DNA of 64,000 bases from Candidatus Hydrogenedentota bacterium (GTDB lineage: Bacteria > Hydrogenedentota > Hydrogenedentia > Hydrogenedentales > SLHB01). Shown in pieces: positions 21,101 through 29,351 of the stretch (its first letter is position 1; every line of letters starts with the position of its first letter). The notes beneath the pieces were generated by a model, which saw only the letters and a program-made list of their open reading frames with translations, made no database searches and was not told the DNA's origin. The position numbers and the translations under genes are program-made. Where the stretch lies: NCBI GenBank assembly GCA_045863335.1, contig BTVY01000013.1, positions 32,001 through 96,000 on the forward strand, in the 5' to 3' direction.

Positions 21101-22446
21101 ACCGGGCAGTACTTCAATACTCGGTTGGCGAGAAGGACGGATGGCTGCTGATTCTTACCCGCGACGGAGTTACCGCATACCGCTTAGGCGTGAGTACGCC
21201 CGCCTTGCCGGAATTACTGCCCCGTCAGGAAGCCACGCTCCACCAACTTGCTGAAGCGTGGGTGCAGCGCGCCTCGTCCGTCGGAATAGATGGCCTCGTC
21301 CGCTTGGCCCGCGCCCGCGCGGAACGCTCTGGCAAGGCCGCAGAAGATCAGGCAAACTTCGTCGACGCCGCGCAGGAGAAAGCGATTCTGGAGCAGCTGG
21401 CGAAAGTCGTTCTGCCTGATCCCGCACTTTCGATTCTCCGGAAGAAGAATATCCGGAGACTGCTTATCGTACCTGACGGCGGGTTGCACTACGTACCCTT
21501 TGCAATGTTGCGTCTGAAGAACGCAGAAGGAACAGATTCCCATTATCTTGTGGAAGAGTTCAGCAGTTCCTACGTCCCGGCAATGACTACGCTCGACACG
21601 ATTCGGAACCAGAGCGCCGAGCGCCACCAAAAACGCGCAATGGAAAGACGGGCGCTATTGGCGATCGCCAATCCCGAGTATAGAAGCGACGCACCGCCCT
21701 TGATGGGGGCGTCGGACGACATGATTACGCGGACGCGATCCTTTCGCAACGAGTATTACAAGGGCGGTGGCCTGCAATTGACCAGCCTGCCGGAGACTGA
21801 GCGAGAGGCTGTTCGCATTGCTTCCCTGTTCTCCCCGCCTCAGGAACTACGCGACCCCATTACCGATTTTCCGGAGGGACGAGCAGTCGTTCTGAGCGGT
21901 CGTGCCGCGTCGGAGGAGGCAACAAAACGGCTACTTTCCACATCAGTTGTCGCCAATACCGATGCCACCCCCCGCTGGAAGTACCTCGTGTTCAGCACGC
22001 ACGGACTGGCGGATACGTACAACGGGATGCTGTCGTGCCTCGCGCTATCTTCTCCAGATTCCGATTCAGTGGAAGACGGCTTTTTGCAGGCCCAAGAGGT
22101 GATGGGGTTGGACTTGGACACGGATGTCGTCATGCTTTCCGCGTGCCAGACAGGTCTTGGTCGTTTGCGGGGCGGGGAGGGTCTCGTGGGATTAAGTGCA
22201 GCGTTCTTTTATGCTGGTGCGGAGAGTGTCTGCGCGAGTCTCTGGCAGGTTCCCAGCGGGCCGACGACTCAGTTGGTACCGGAGTTCTTCAAGCATCTTG
22301 AAGACGGAAGCGTTGATCGGGCAGAAGCGCTGCGGCAAGCGCAACTCACCGTTTTGCGCGAGGGTCGTAGCTTGGATGGCGAACCGTCTGACTATTCGTC
22401 CCCATTTTGCTGGGCCGCCTTTATTCTCATTGGTGAGTACCAATGA
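18178..22446 (+). CDS. Lipoprotein TPR-CHAT (caspase-like) protease
   Basis: Lipobox LSSLA-C27; helical repeats, HEAT-like segment and TPR array; ERGKGR-like DRGKGRSL; IVPDGGLHYVPFA; catalytic FSTHG (H1275) and LSACQTG (C1323); SLWQV; SPFCWAAFILIG. Confidence 0.92.
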   Translation: MRKHCCIAALARSGMPAILLLLSSLACQKDQEETQNAELAQRALELNAESERLVAEGDFRGAVVKAKAALVAYEKLPQSEELQVFQREIIAALEELVVTEESANPQNDNRVSPLDATQDLVSLEAQFEKYKRDYQKHLQSGEYEKALAVLKEELAFYEKLPGTEELQALQRKQIEALESLVGNEQSLEHLIEGSLLDLKSDAASKRVAAIKALVVAHENGILGERLRVVRTTLEQLAIDDPDRAVRDAATEALKTFKTQSVIESESPPGTIASPSSFLEPTLPEQGNAFAYRSRQLVAEHHELLARADYAGALVNLQDQLALLEEANGAEQARKSLRDRIRACEGILNHDGDPTVSTLMLLDGEHNALLLTEDYEKAISNLRLQLELHENMPEVGVSGRSGPEDLKASLTQGVRKRIQLYEEIVGAGNGHLLKEQAEFEMAAAGMPAAERNSFAASLQEGKARAEAAMDLLDQFGERLAEGDRQGSLQALDALAEHETSMDPDGPGAHVVEFLVDSYEDARANNSDVTEAEQLDWGTLLFQQAQRELRSGDYAQALADISKAASVYEQLDGTEVLQAKLQSFASLVCLATNRHEAALEHSHHALALLREVKDSGNDQAACLYAIGSALSRMGKYEEAREPLGRAIALHNAAGETRPDLQSTYHMALGDALAGAGEHPDAIEQYLQSLELLRDGKGSPTLQANSLTRISAALKDLGAYNKALEVQMRALDLLGTARENQFDRDICWGNIGDLLRLDNRTEDALTAYQNVQESAWWVSHGLALTYAQRNDPGDSRKAIARLLEAVRMAEDARSSVMATEHRAGVFQDYQPVFADCVAYLAAAGNDSKPLADEMFAALSRDASPGSTLSEAAFHIADRGKGRSLVDAMREKATLASAKPATALLAEDQRLSQRISKLSSLREPLPDEDQNRAALTQEIEALQQRRNMIEVELKRTALGDYVAPEFRRPMEFATEMESDRAVLQYSVGEKDGWLLILTRDGVTAYRLGVSTPALPELLPRQEATLHQLAEAWVQRASSVGIDGLVRLARARAERSGKAAEDQANFVDAAQEKAILEQLAKVVLPDPALSILRKKNIRRLLIVPDGGLHYVPFAMLRLKNAEGTDSHYLVEEFSSSYVPAMTTLDTIRNQSAERHQKRAMERRALLAIANPEYRSDAPPLMGASDDMITRTRSFRNEYYKGGGLQLTSLPETEREAVRIASLFSPPQELRDPITDFPEGRAVVLSGRAASEEATKRLLSTSVVANTDATPRWKYLVFSTHGLADTYNGMLSCLALSSPDSDSVEDGFLQAQEVMGLDLDTDVVMLSACQTGLGRLRGGEGLVGLSAAFFYAGAESVCASLWQVPSGPTTQLVPEFFKHLEDGSVDRAEALRQAQLTVLREGRSLDGEPSDYSSPFCWAAFILIGEYQ

Positions 22447-22464
22447 GAACACCATGGGCCGGCC

Positions 22465-23409
22465 TTGCTTATTCATGCAGCGGGCGTTGAAGCAGTGCAG
22501 CAATTCATCAACTACCTTGAAACGGAGCGCGCGTTTTCGGCGCATACGTTGCGCGCGTATTTACTGGACTTGGCGCAGTTCTGCGACTACGTGAACAACG
22601 GGCCCGACGCGTTTGCGCGTGAGACGGAGGAGCGTCCGCCCGCGTCGCTGGAAGCCCTGCGCCGCGCGACGCGGAACGATGTACGCGCATTTCTCGCGCA
22701 CGTGCAGACCGCGGGCGGCACGCCCAAGACTTCCGCGCGCAAGTTGGCAGCCATTCGCGCCGCGTACAAGTTCTACGTGCGCATCGGCGAGTTGGAGGTA
22801 AACCCCGCGCAGACGGTGAAGTCGCCGAAACTGGCCCGCGACTTGCCCGACGTCCTCAGCATCCCTGAAGTCACGGCGTTGCTGGAAGCGCCGAACACGA
22901 CGGAGCCGCTCGGCATCCGCGACCGCGCCATTCTCGAGACGCTCTACTCCAGCGGCATCCGCGCGGCGGAACTGGCGGGCCTGACGTTACGTTCCGTCGA
23001 TCTCGTGAGCGGGCAAACGGTCGTGCTCGGCAAGCGCCGCAAAGAGCGCATCGCTTATCTCGGTTCTTACGCCGTGGACGCAGTGCAGGCCTATCTGCGC
23101 GTCCGCGGATCACTCGGCAATCCGAAGCATGATCGGCTCTTCGTGAACTTTCGCGGGGGACCGCTCACGACGCGCAGCGTGCAACGGGTGGTGGAACAGT
23201 ACGTGCGTCAAGCCTTGCCCACCCGTCGCGCCATTTCGCCCCACACGCTCCGCCACACCTTCGCGACCCACATGCTGAACGGCGGCGCCGACCTCCGCGT
23301 CGTGCAGGAACTACTCGGCCACGAGAGCCTGTCCAGCACGCAGATCTACACGCACGTCAGCATCGACCGCCTCAAAGAGGTCTACCGGGAATCCCACCCC
23401 CACGCGTAG
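22465..23409 (+). CDS. xerC: Tyrosine recombinase XerC
   Basis: SAHTLRAYLLDL, RDRAILETLYSSGIR, GKRRKER, PHTLRHTFATH, QELLGH..LSSTQIYTHV; downstream of topA. Confidence 0.9.
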   Translation: MLIHAAGVEAVQQFINYLETERAFSAHTLRAYLLDLAQFCDYVNNGPDAFARETEERPPASLEALRRATRNDVRAFLAHVQTAGGTPKTSARKLAAIRAAYKFYVRIGELEVNPAQTVKSPKLARDLPDVLSIPEVTALLEAPNTTEPLGIRDRAILETLYSSGIRAAELAGLTLRSVDLVSGQTVVLGKRRKERIAYLGSYAVDAVQAYLRVRGSLGNPKHDRLFVNFRGGPLTTRSVQRVVEQYVRQALPTRRAISPHTLRHTFATHMLNGGADLRVVQELLGHESLSSTQIYTHVSIDRLKEVYRESHPHA

Positions 23410-24224
23410 TTGCGCTCGCGCTTGGAGGACTTTCCGAACTCCGCGGCCATCGTTCGCGCCTGACGCGCGGTGATTCGATCCAGGCAGGTCATGGCGAATT
23501 GCTCGACCCATTCGGGTTTACTGCCGTCGAACAGGCGCGCGTTGCGCCAGGCCCGTTGGCGCCAGGTGGAGACGAGTTGACCGAGTACTACTTCGTCCAT
23601 GATGCGGAAGCGCGTATCCAAACCCAGTAGCGCGGGCGCATAGGTTTCGGACACGACTGACTCCACGTCCTCCGTGGAATTCACGACCATGATGTTGGTT
23701 CGTTGGAAATCGATGAACCGGGTGAGGCGTTCCTCCCGCGGCGTGGCGCGGGCCAGGGCGAAAGGCAGGTCCCGGTTGATGTGGGCGTGAACGCCCAACA
23801 AGCCGTGCTGGAACGCGGTGATCTCGTCCGCTCGGGCCGCTTCAAAGACGATGCGCCAAACCTCCGGCACCGCGTCGTACTGTCCCGTCTCGAAATGATA
23901 GAAGGCTTCGCGATACAAATTGGCAAATGCGACCACGAACCGCGCGACCCAATCGGGATCGTCGTAGGTTCCGTTCTGAATGCTCTCCAGCCCGTTCTCC
24001 GTCAACACACGATACATGCCCGCAAAAATGGCGCGGTTGTCGCCCTTGCTCGCCAGCACCGTTTCGAGGTCGGATACGCGTGTGAGGAAGTCTTCGACGG
24101 AGGCGTATTCGGTATCGATCAAAGCGAGGATTTCAGAGTCGCCGGAGATGGGCGCTCCGGCGTGGCTTAATGTGCAGAAGATGAGAAACAACAGAATTGC
24201 AGCGATGCGTCGCGTTGCAGCCAT
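23382..24224 (-). CDS. DUF5995-family secreted protein
   Basis: Signal peptide; FAGMY..LT, DPDWV..F...FANLY, LGVHAHINRDLPFAL motifs; convergent 28-bp overlap with xerC. Confidence 0.7.
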   Translation of the reverse strand: MAATRRIAAILLFLIFCTLSHAGAPISGDSEILALIDTEYASVEDFLTRVSDLETVLASKGDNRAIFAGMYRVLTENGLESIQNGTYDDPDWVARFVVAFANLYREAFYHFETGQYDAVPEVWRIVFEAARADEITAFQHGLLGVHAHINRDLPFALARATPREERLTRFIDFQRTNIMVVNSTEDVESVVSETYAPALLGLDTRFRIMDEVVLGQLVSTWRQRAWRNARLFDGSKPEWVEQFAMTCLDRITARQARTMAAEFGKSSKRERNYAWGWDSR

Positions 24225-24301
24225 GACCGGTTCTTTCCATAGGCGCCGGATGCGCACGAGAGAAGTGTACCGCCGACGAATCCCGCAGTGAAAGAGGGCC
24301 G

Positions 24302-24973
24302 TTACGCCGTGGCTGTTTCGCCGCTCGTGTCGGTTGTCGTCGAGCCGAAGGAGGTGAAGACGCCGTTGGGGCCGATGGTCAACTGGAAGTTCCGGGGACT
24401 GTTCGCGCCGGAGAGCGATTCGCCGATGGCCATGGTGGCGCCCTGCGGATCGCGCAGATAGCCCAGGCTGGCCGGGAACTGGACCGCCGCGGTTCGCACC
24501 AGGCTGGCATTCACGCTGAGCCGGTGAAACGCGTTGGCCAACATGGGGTGAGCCTTGAAGAGGGCCTCGATCATCTCCGCGTCGGGGTGGTCATTCGCGA
24601 CGACCACGTCCCCGTTAGCGTCGGATGCCAGCACCAGTTCCGGCAGATTGTCAATGGGGAGTTCATCAAACAGAGCGGAGAGTTCTTCCCGGAACGCGGC
24701 AATTTCTTCCTCGAGCCGCGCGGCCAGGTTGGTGGGCAGATTCGTGAACCGGTCGCTCGATACGCCATCCATGCCTTCGTCCTGCTTGGTGGCAACGGCC
24801 TTGGTGTTGCCCTGCTGCGCCGCCTCCAGCAGCTTCGCGAAGGCACCGGAAGTCATTGTCACAGAATTGTTTGGAGCCTTTGCTTTGCCCCCGCCGCCGA
24901 TTCCCTTGATCTCATGCAACAGTCCCCGTGCCGCATGCAGCAACTGAACCCCTTCCAGAATCGGGAACGCCAT
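24302..24973 (-). CDS. Hypothetical protein
   Basis: SD AGGAGG before ATG 24973; contains DANGDVVV..DHPD...IE..F motif. Confidence 0.65.
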   Translation of the reverse strand: MAFPILEGVQLLHAARGLLHEIKGIGGGGKAKAPNNSVTMTSGAFAKLLEAAQQGNTKAVATKQDEGMDGVSSDRFTNLPTNLAARLEEEIAAFREELSALFDELPIDNLPELVLASDANGDVVVANDHPDAEMIEALFKAHPMLANAFHRLSVNASLVRTAAVQFPASLGYLRDPQGATMAIGESLSGANSPRNFQLTIGPNGVFTSFGSTTTDTSGETATA

Positions 24974-25042
24974 GAGACTCTCCTCCTGCCTTCGAACGTG
25001 ATCGGTCGTCGGTAGGAGGAGCAACCTGCGTGCCAGACAGGT

Positions 25043-25939
25043 TTATTCGGGCAGGCGTGTCATCCGTTCCCCGTTCGTGCCTTGCACGAGGAGCCGAAAC
25101 GCGGGGTCGTCGCGGACGGCGTCGAAGTCCTCGTCAAACTTCGCTTCGTCCCGGTACGAAGCGTCGAATTCGATGGCGCACAGGAGCAGCGGAACAACCT
25201 CTTCCCGGTCGCCGCGCAGGCTGGCGAGGCAGGCCAGGTTGTAATAGGGGGCAGGATGGTCGGGTTCGTGGGCGATGGCGGCCCGGTATTCCGCTTCGGC
25301 TTCGTCATACCGTTCCAACGCCACGAGGAGGTTACCGTAGTTGTTGTGCGTCGCCACGGCATCGGGGTTGAGTTCCAGCGCGCGAAGGGCGTGTACTTCG
25401 GCATCTTCGAGGCACCCGGTAAGCCGGAGCAAGATGGCGAGGTCGTTATGGGCGCGGCTCCAGGAGGGGTCGAGTTCAATGGCTTTCCGGAAGGCGGCCT
25501 CGGCTTCGGCGTACTGTCCCTGGGTGTGCTTCAGTATTCCCAACCCGTTGTACACCCAGTTCCAATCCGGTCGCAGCTCTACCGCCTTCTGGTAGGCCGC
25601 TTCCGCACCGGGGAAGTCGAGCTGGGCCGTCCGCAACACGCCTAAGGCGTAGTACGTGTCCGCAGTCTCGTAGATGCCGTCTGCGGCGAGGGCGGCCACG
25701 CCATCCACGAGGGATCGGGTGTTGGCGCGGCGCGCTTGGGGGTCGTTTTCGAGGCAGGCTTTCATGGTTACGACGAGCATCTCGATCTGCCGTTCCGAAA
25801 GTTCGGAGGCGACGACCTTGACGGGGGTGTCGATGACGGGTGCGCGGGCCGGCGCGCGCGCATCGCGTACGGCAAGAATGATGGCTGCCACCAGGACGAA
25901 AAATCCCGTAAACAACCAGATACCACGATGATGCTGCAT
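25043..25939 (-). CDS. Membrane-anchored TPR protein
   Basis: N-terminal TM; five TPRs; terminal YYNLAC...DEDFDAVRDDPAF cap; start could be 25969. Confidence 0.85.
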   Translation of the reverse strand: MQHHRGIWLFTGFFVLVAAIILAVRDARAPARAPVIDTPVKVVASELSERQIEMLVVTMKACLENDPQARRANTRSLVDGVAALAADGIYETADTYYALGVLRTAQLDFPGAEAAYQKAVELRPDWNWVYNGLGILKHTQGQYAEAEAAFRKAIELDPSWSRAHNDLAILLRLTGCLEDAEVHALRALELNPDAVATHNNYGNLLVALERYDEAEAEYRAAIAHEPDHPAPYYNLACLASLRGDREEVVPLLLCAIEFDASYRDEAKFDEDFDAVRDDPAFRLLVQGTNGERMTRLPE

Positions 25940-26166
25940 GAATTCCTTTTTGACCGTTGGCCGCGGCACACGTATCGCCAGACTTCAGACCGAGCTATCC
26001 AACGCCTCGTTTCAACTGAACGCACGATTGGAAGCGGGCGTTGACCGGTTCGAACCGTGCAAGTACGGTGCGCCCGGTTCTATAATCGGGTGAAGCGCAG
26101 CAACATCCGCTCATGTGCGCGCGTTTGCACACACATCATAGCAGAGAATCCGGAAGGGGACGAGCC

Positions 26167-26580
26167 ATGAAGTTTGCGACGGAGTACCTGTGGTTCAACA
26201 CGAAGAAACACAGGGAGTACATCAACATCACCGGCGAGGTTGAAGCGGTCGTCCGCAAGAGCGGCGTCAAGGAAGGGATGGTGCTCGTGAGCGCCATGCA
26301 TATTACGGCGGGCGTCTATGTGAACGACGCGGAATCGGGCTTGATCGCGGACATCGACGAATGGCTCGAAGGGCTTGCCCCGTTCCGGGAAGACTACCGC
26401 CACCACCAGACCGGCGAAACCAATGGGGACTCCCACCTCAAGAGCCTGATCGTTCATCACGAGGTCATTGTTCCCATTACGGAGGGCAGACTTGACCTGG
26501 GGCCGTGGCAGCAGGTGTATTACGCCGAATTTGATGGCCAACGCCGTAAGCGTCTGATTATCAAGGTGATGGGGGAATAG
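26167..26580 (+). CDS. yjbQ: YjbQ/UPF0047 family protein
   Basis: [32 protein letters not shown]. Confidence 0.92.
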   Translation: MKFATEYLWFNTKKHREYINITGEVEAVVRKSGVKEGMVLVSAMHITAGVYVNDAESGLIADIDEWLEGLAPFREDYRHHQTGETNGDSHLKSLIVHHEVIVPITEGRLDLGPWQQVYYAEFDGQRRKRLIIKVMGE

Positions 26581-26582
26581 AA

Positions 26583-26930
26583 ATGGATGAGAAAGACCGG
26601 GCGTTTCTCCAGCGACGACGCAAGCTCGCCAAAGCCTGGAATCTGGTGGGCGCGCTGCTGCTCGGCCTGCTGGCAGCGCTGGGGGCGACAATCTACTTCC
26701 GCGTGCCTCTAATGGCCAACCCGTTCTACGTCGCCGAGCAGGTGAAAGCGGACACGCTGGAAGCGTCGACCATGGAACTCTCCGCGGTACTGTTGCCGGT
26801 CGTCTTCTTGCTGTGCCTCGGCGTGGTCGCCATCGAAGTCCTGTTCGCGTTTGCCATGTTCGCCAACGAACGGCGGTATCTGGCGATTATCGAGGCCTTG
26901 GAGCAGACCGCGACGGGCAACCAAACCTGA
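26583..26930 (+). CDS. Small two-TM membrane protein
   Basis: Two hydrophobic helices; starts 2 nt after yjbQ stop. Confidence 0.7.
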   Translation: MDEKDRAFLQRRRKLAKAWNLVGALLLGLLAALGATIYFRVPLMANPFYVAEQVKADTLEASTMELSAVLLPVVFLLCLGVVAIEVLFAFAMFANERRYLAIIEALEQTATGNQT

Positions 26931-26964
26931 ATCGCGTCGCGACAGGTTGGCATCGATCCGTCAC

Positions 26965-27008
26965 AAAAAGAACACGAGTGGCGAAACCAGCCGGTTCCGC
27001 CACTCGTG
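26965..27008 (-). terminator. Intrinsic terminator of rplJL
   Basis: Stem CACGAGTGGCG / CGCCACTCGTG followed on minus strand by TTCTTTTT. Confidence 0.8.
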
Positions 27009-27027
27009 AAGAACTGGCGCGTCGCGC

Positions 27028-27423
27028 TTAGTGGCCTTTGATCTCGATCTTGGCGCCGGCGGCTTCGAGCTTCTCTTTGATCTCCTTGGCTTCGTCTTCG
27101 GAGATGTCTTCCTTGATGGGCTTCGGAGCGCCGTCGACGAGGTCCTTCGCTTCCTTCAGGCCGAGACCGGTCAGGGCGCGGACTTCCTTGATGACCTGGA
27201 TCTTCTGACCGCCGACTTCGGCGAGGATCGCGTCGAAGGACGTGGGGCCTTCATCGGCCGCCGCAGCTTCGCCACCGCCGGCCATGGGCATCATGCCGCC
27301 CATCATCATCGGGGCCGCGGCCGTGACGCCGAACTTCTCTTCGAGGGCCTTGATCAGCTCGCTCAGCTCAAGCACCGACAACTCGGCGATCTTGTCAATG
27401 ATTTCTTCATTCTTGGTTGCCAT
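27028..27423 (-). CDS. rplL: 50S ribosomal protein L7/L12
   Basis: [43 protein letters not shown]. Confidence 0.98.
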   Translation of the reverse strand: MATKNEEIIDKIAELSVLELSELIKALEEKFGVTAAAPMMMGGMMPMAGGGEAAAADEGPTSFDAILAEVGGQKIQVIKEVRALTGLGLKEAKDLVDGAPKPIKEDISEDEAKEIKEKLEAAGAKIEIKGH

Positions 27424-27462
27424 GAATCGTATTCTCCACTTGTCATGCGGCGATTCGCGTCG

Positions 27463-27993
27463 TTACGCGGCCGCTCCACCTTCTTCTTTCTGTTTCTTGA
27501 TTTGATCCAACACGTTGACCAGATTGGTCGGCAACGCATTGAGGGTACTGACGAAATTGCGCAGGGGCGCGGCGATGGTGCCCACCACCTGGCCCAACAG
27601 CACGTCGCGCGGAGGAAGGCTCGCGAGCGCGTCCAGTTGATCCTTGGAGACTACTTTGCCTTCCAGAATGCCGCCCACCATTTCGACCAGCGGCACTTCC
27701 TTCGAGAAGTCCTTCAGAACCTTCGCCGGGGCCACCGGGTCGGCCGAGAACGCCCACGCGGTGGGGCCATCCATGTAGGTCGACGCATCGGAGAGTTCCA
27801 GCTCGTCGAGGACGCGTTTGGCCAGGGTGTTCTTAAACACCTTGTAGTCCACCTGGGAATCGCGCAGCTTCTTGCGCAGGTTTGTGGCCTGCTCTGCGTT
27901 GATGCCGATGTACTTCGACAGGATCGCGATCTGGCTTCCCTGGATCTTCTCCTTCAGCTCGGCGACGGAGTCAATCTTGTATTGCTTCGGCAC
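27463..27993 (-). CDS. rplJ: 50S ribosomal protein L10
   Basis: LRKKLR..YKVFKNTL, GPTAWAF..DPV..AKVL, LASLP; SD AAGGAGGTGA before GTG 27993. Confidence 0.95.
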   Translation of the reverse strand: MPKQYKIDSVAELKEKIQGSQIAILSKYIGINAEQATNLRKKLRDSQVDYKVFKNTLAKRVLDELELSDASTYMDGPTAWAFSADPVAPAKVLKDFSKEVPLVEMVGGILEGKVVSKDQLDALASLPPRDVLLGQVVGTIAAPLRNFVSTLNALPTNLVNVLDQIKKQKEEGGAAA

Positions 27994-28082
27994 GGTACAT
28001 TCACCTCCTTTCCAGAAGTCGGTATGGGGCCGAAGGCCCTCCAATTTCGGTCCGCGGTTCCCCGTGGAACCGCAGTGCGGGC

Positions 28083-28205
28083 AAAAAAATATCCCGCACG
28101 GTCAAAAGACAATGCGGGATACGGACAGTTTTCGTAATATCCAATTCCGCGGTCTCGGCAGGCGAGTTTTAAGGCCTATTGGCCGCCGGCTGTCTTTGAC
28201 CTGCG
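28083..28205 (-). promoter_or_regulatory. L10 leader RNA with transcription attenuator
   Basis: Minus strand AAAGACAGCCGG...TTAAAA..GCCTGCCGAGA resembles the L10_leader core; followed by TATCCCGCA / TGCGGGATA stem plus T7. Confidence 0.8.
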
Positions 28206-28228
28206 ACACGTTTCCATGTCGGCCGGGA

Positions 28229-28258
28229 AGCGTAGCAAGAAAATGAGTCCCCCGTCAA
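28229..28258 (-). promoter_or_regulatory. Promoter of rplJL
   Basis: Minus strand TTGACG-18 nt-TACGCT with TGn extension, just 5' of the L10 leader. Confidence 0.55.
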
Positions 28259-28381
28259 ATTTTCTCGGAGTCCTCGCGGAACCCTGCATGGCTGAGGCGG
28301 ATACAGGATGAAGTCGCTACAAAACATGCGCTATACTTGCGCGGTAAGCTGAAGGAAGCATCATCGGAATGGAGAATAGCT

Positions 28382-29332
28382 ATGCCTACTGGTAAACGGT
28401 TCAAGATCGCATGTATTGGCGCCGGCAACGTCGGGTCGACCGCGGCTCAATACTGTCTGGATATGGAGTTGGGCGACGTCGTGCTGACCGATGTGGTTGA
28501 AGGAATGCCTCAGGGCAAGGCCCTCGACCTCACCGAAGCGGGGCCCGTTCGCCGGTATAGCAACGCCGCGCGCGGCACGAACGATTATAAGGATATCGAG
28601 GGCGCGAGCGTTTGCGTGATTACGGCCGGGTTGCCACGGAAACCCGGGATGACGCGGCTCGATCTGCTGGAGAAGAACGGGAAGATCATCAGCGACGTCT
28701 GCGAGAGCATCGCGAAGCACGCGCCGGACAGCGTCGTCATCGTCGTGACCAATCCTCTCGACGTCATGTGCTACACGGCGCTGAAGAAACTCGGATTCCC
28801 GCCGAACCGAGTCATCGGTATGGCGGGTATCCTGGACAGTTCGCGCATGCGAACCTTCGTAGCCGAGGAACTCAAGGTTAGTATGGAGAATGTGGACACC
28901 ATGGTGCTCGGTTCTCACGGCGACGACATGGTGCCCCTGCCGGAATATACGACGGTTTCGGGAATCCCCATTACCCAGCTGCTCCCGAAAGACCGCGTCG
29001 ATGCCATCATGGAACGCACGCGGAAAGGCGGCGGCGAAATTGTGGCGCTGCTGAAGACCGGAAGCGCCTTCTACGCGCCCGGCGCCAGTGCGGCCCGCAT
29101 GGTCGAGTCGGTGTTGCGCGACGAGCACCAGGTTCTGCCGTGCGCCGCGTATTTGCAGGGGGAATATGGGCTGAGCGACGTCTACGCCGGCGTGCCCTGC
29201 ATTCTCGGAAAGAACGGGGTCGAACGGATTCTCGAGATAAAGCTGACGGACGAGCAAATGGAAGCGCTGCGTAAGTCCGCAGAGGAAGTTCGAACGGGGA
29301 TTGACGGCCTCAAGGAGCTTGGCATTCTGTAG
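28382..29332 (+). CDS. mdh: Malate dehydrogenase (LDH-like type)
   Basis: IGAGNVG, GKALDL, TAGLPRKPGMTR, VTNPLD, GSHGD, LLKTGSAFYAP. Confidence 0.96.
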   Translation: MPTGKRFKIACIGAGNVGSTAAQYCLDMELGDVVLTDVVEGMPQGKALDLTEAGPVRRYSNAARGTNDYKDIEGASVCVITAGLPRKPGMTRLDLLEKNGKIISDVCESIAKHAPDSVVIVVTNPLDVMCYTALKKLGFPPNRVIGMAGILDSSRMRTFVAEELKVSMENVDTMVLGSHGDDMVPLPEYTTVSGIPITQLLPKDRVDAIMERTRKGGGEIVALLKTGSAFYAPGASAARMVESVLRDEHQVLPCAAYLQGEYGLSDVYAGVPCILGKNGVERILEIKLTDEQMEALRKSAEEVRTGIDGLKELGIL

Positions 29333-29351
29333 CAAACGAGGAGGACCTGCC

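Noticed and set aside
18178-22446. CHAT protein as a Craspase (type III-E CRISPR) component
   Set aside because: No Cas7-11 or array in the window, and the lipobox implies export.
22465-23409. Tyrosine recombinase as the integrase of the CHAT cassette
   Set aside because: Size, motifs and position after topA fit housekeeping XerC; no arm-binding domain or att repeats seen.
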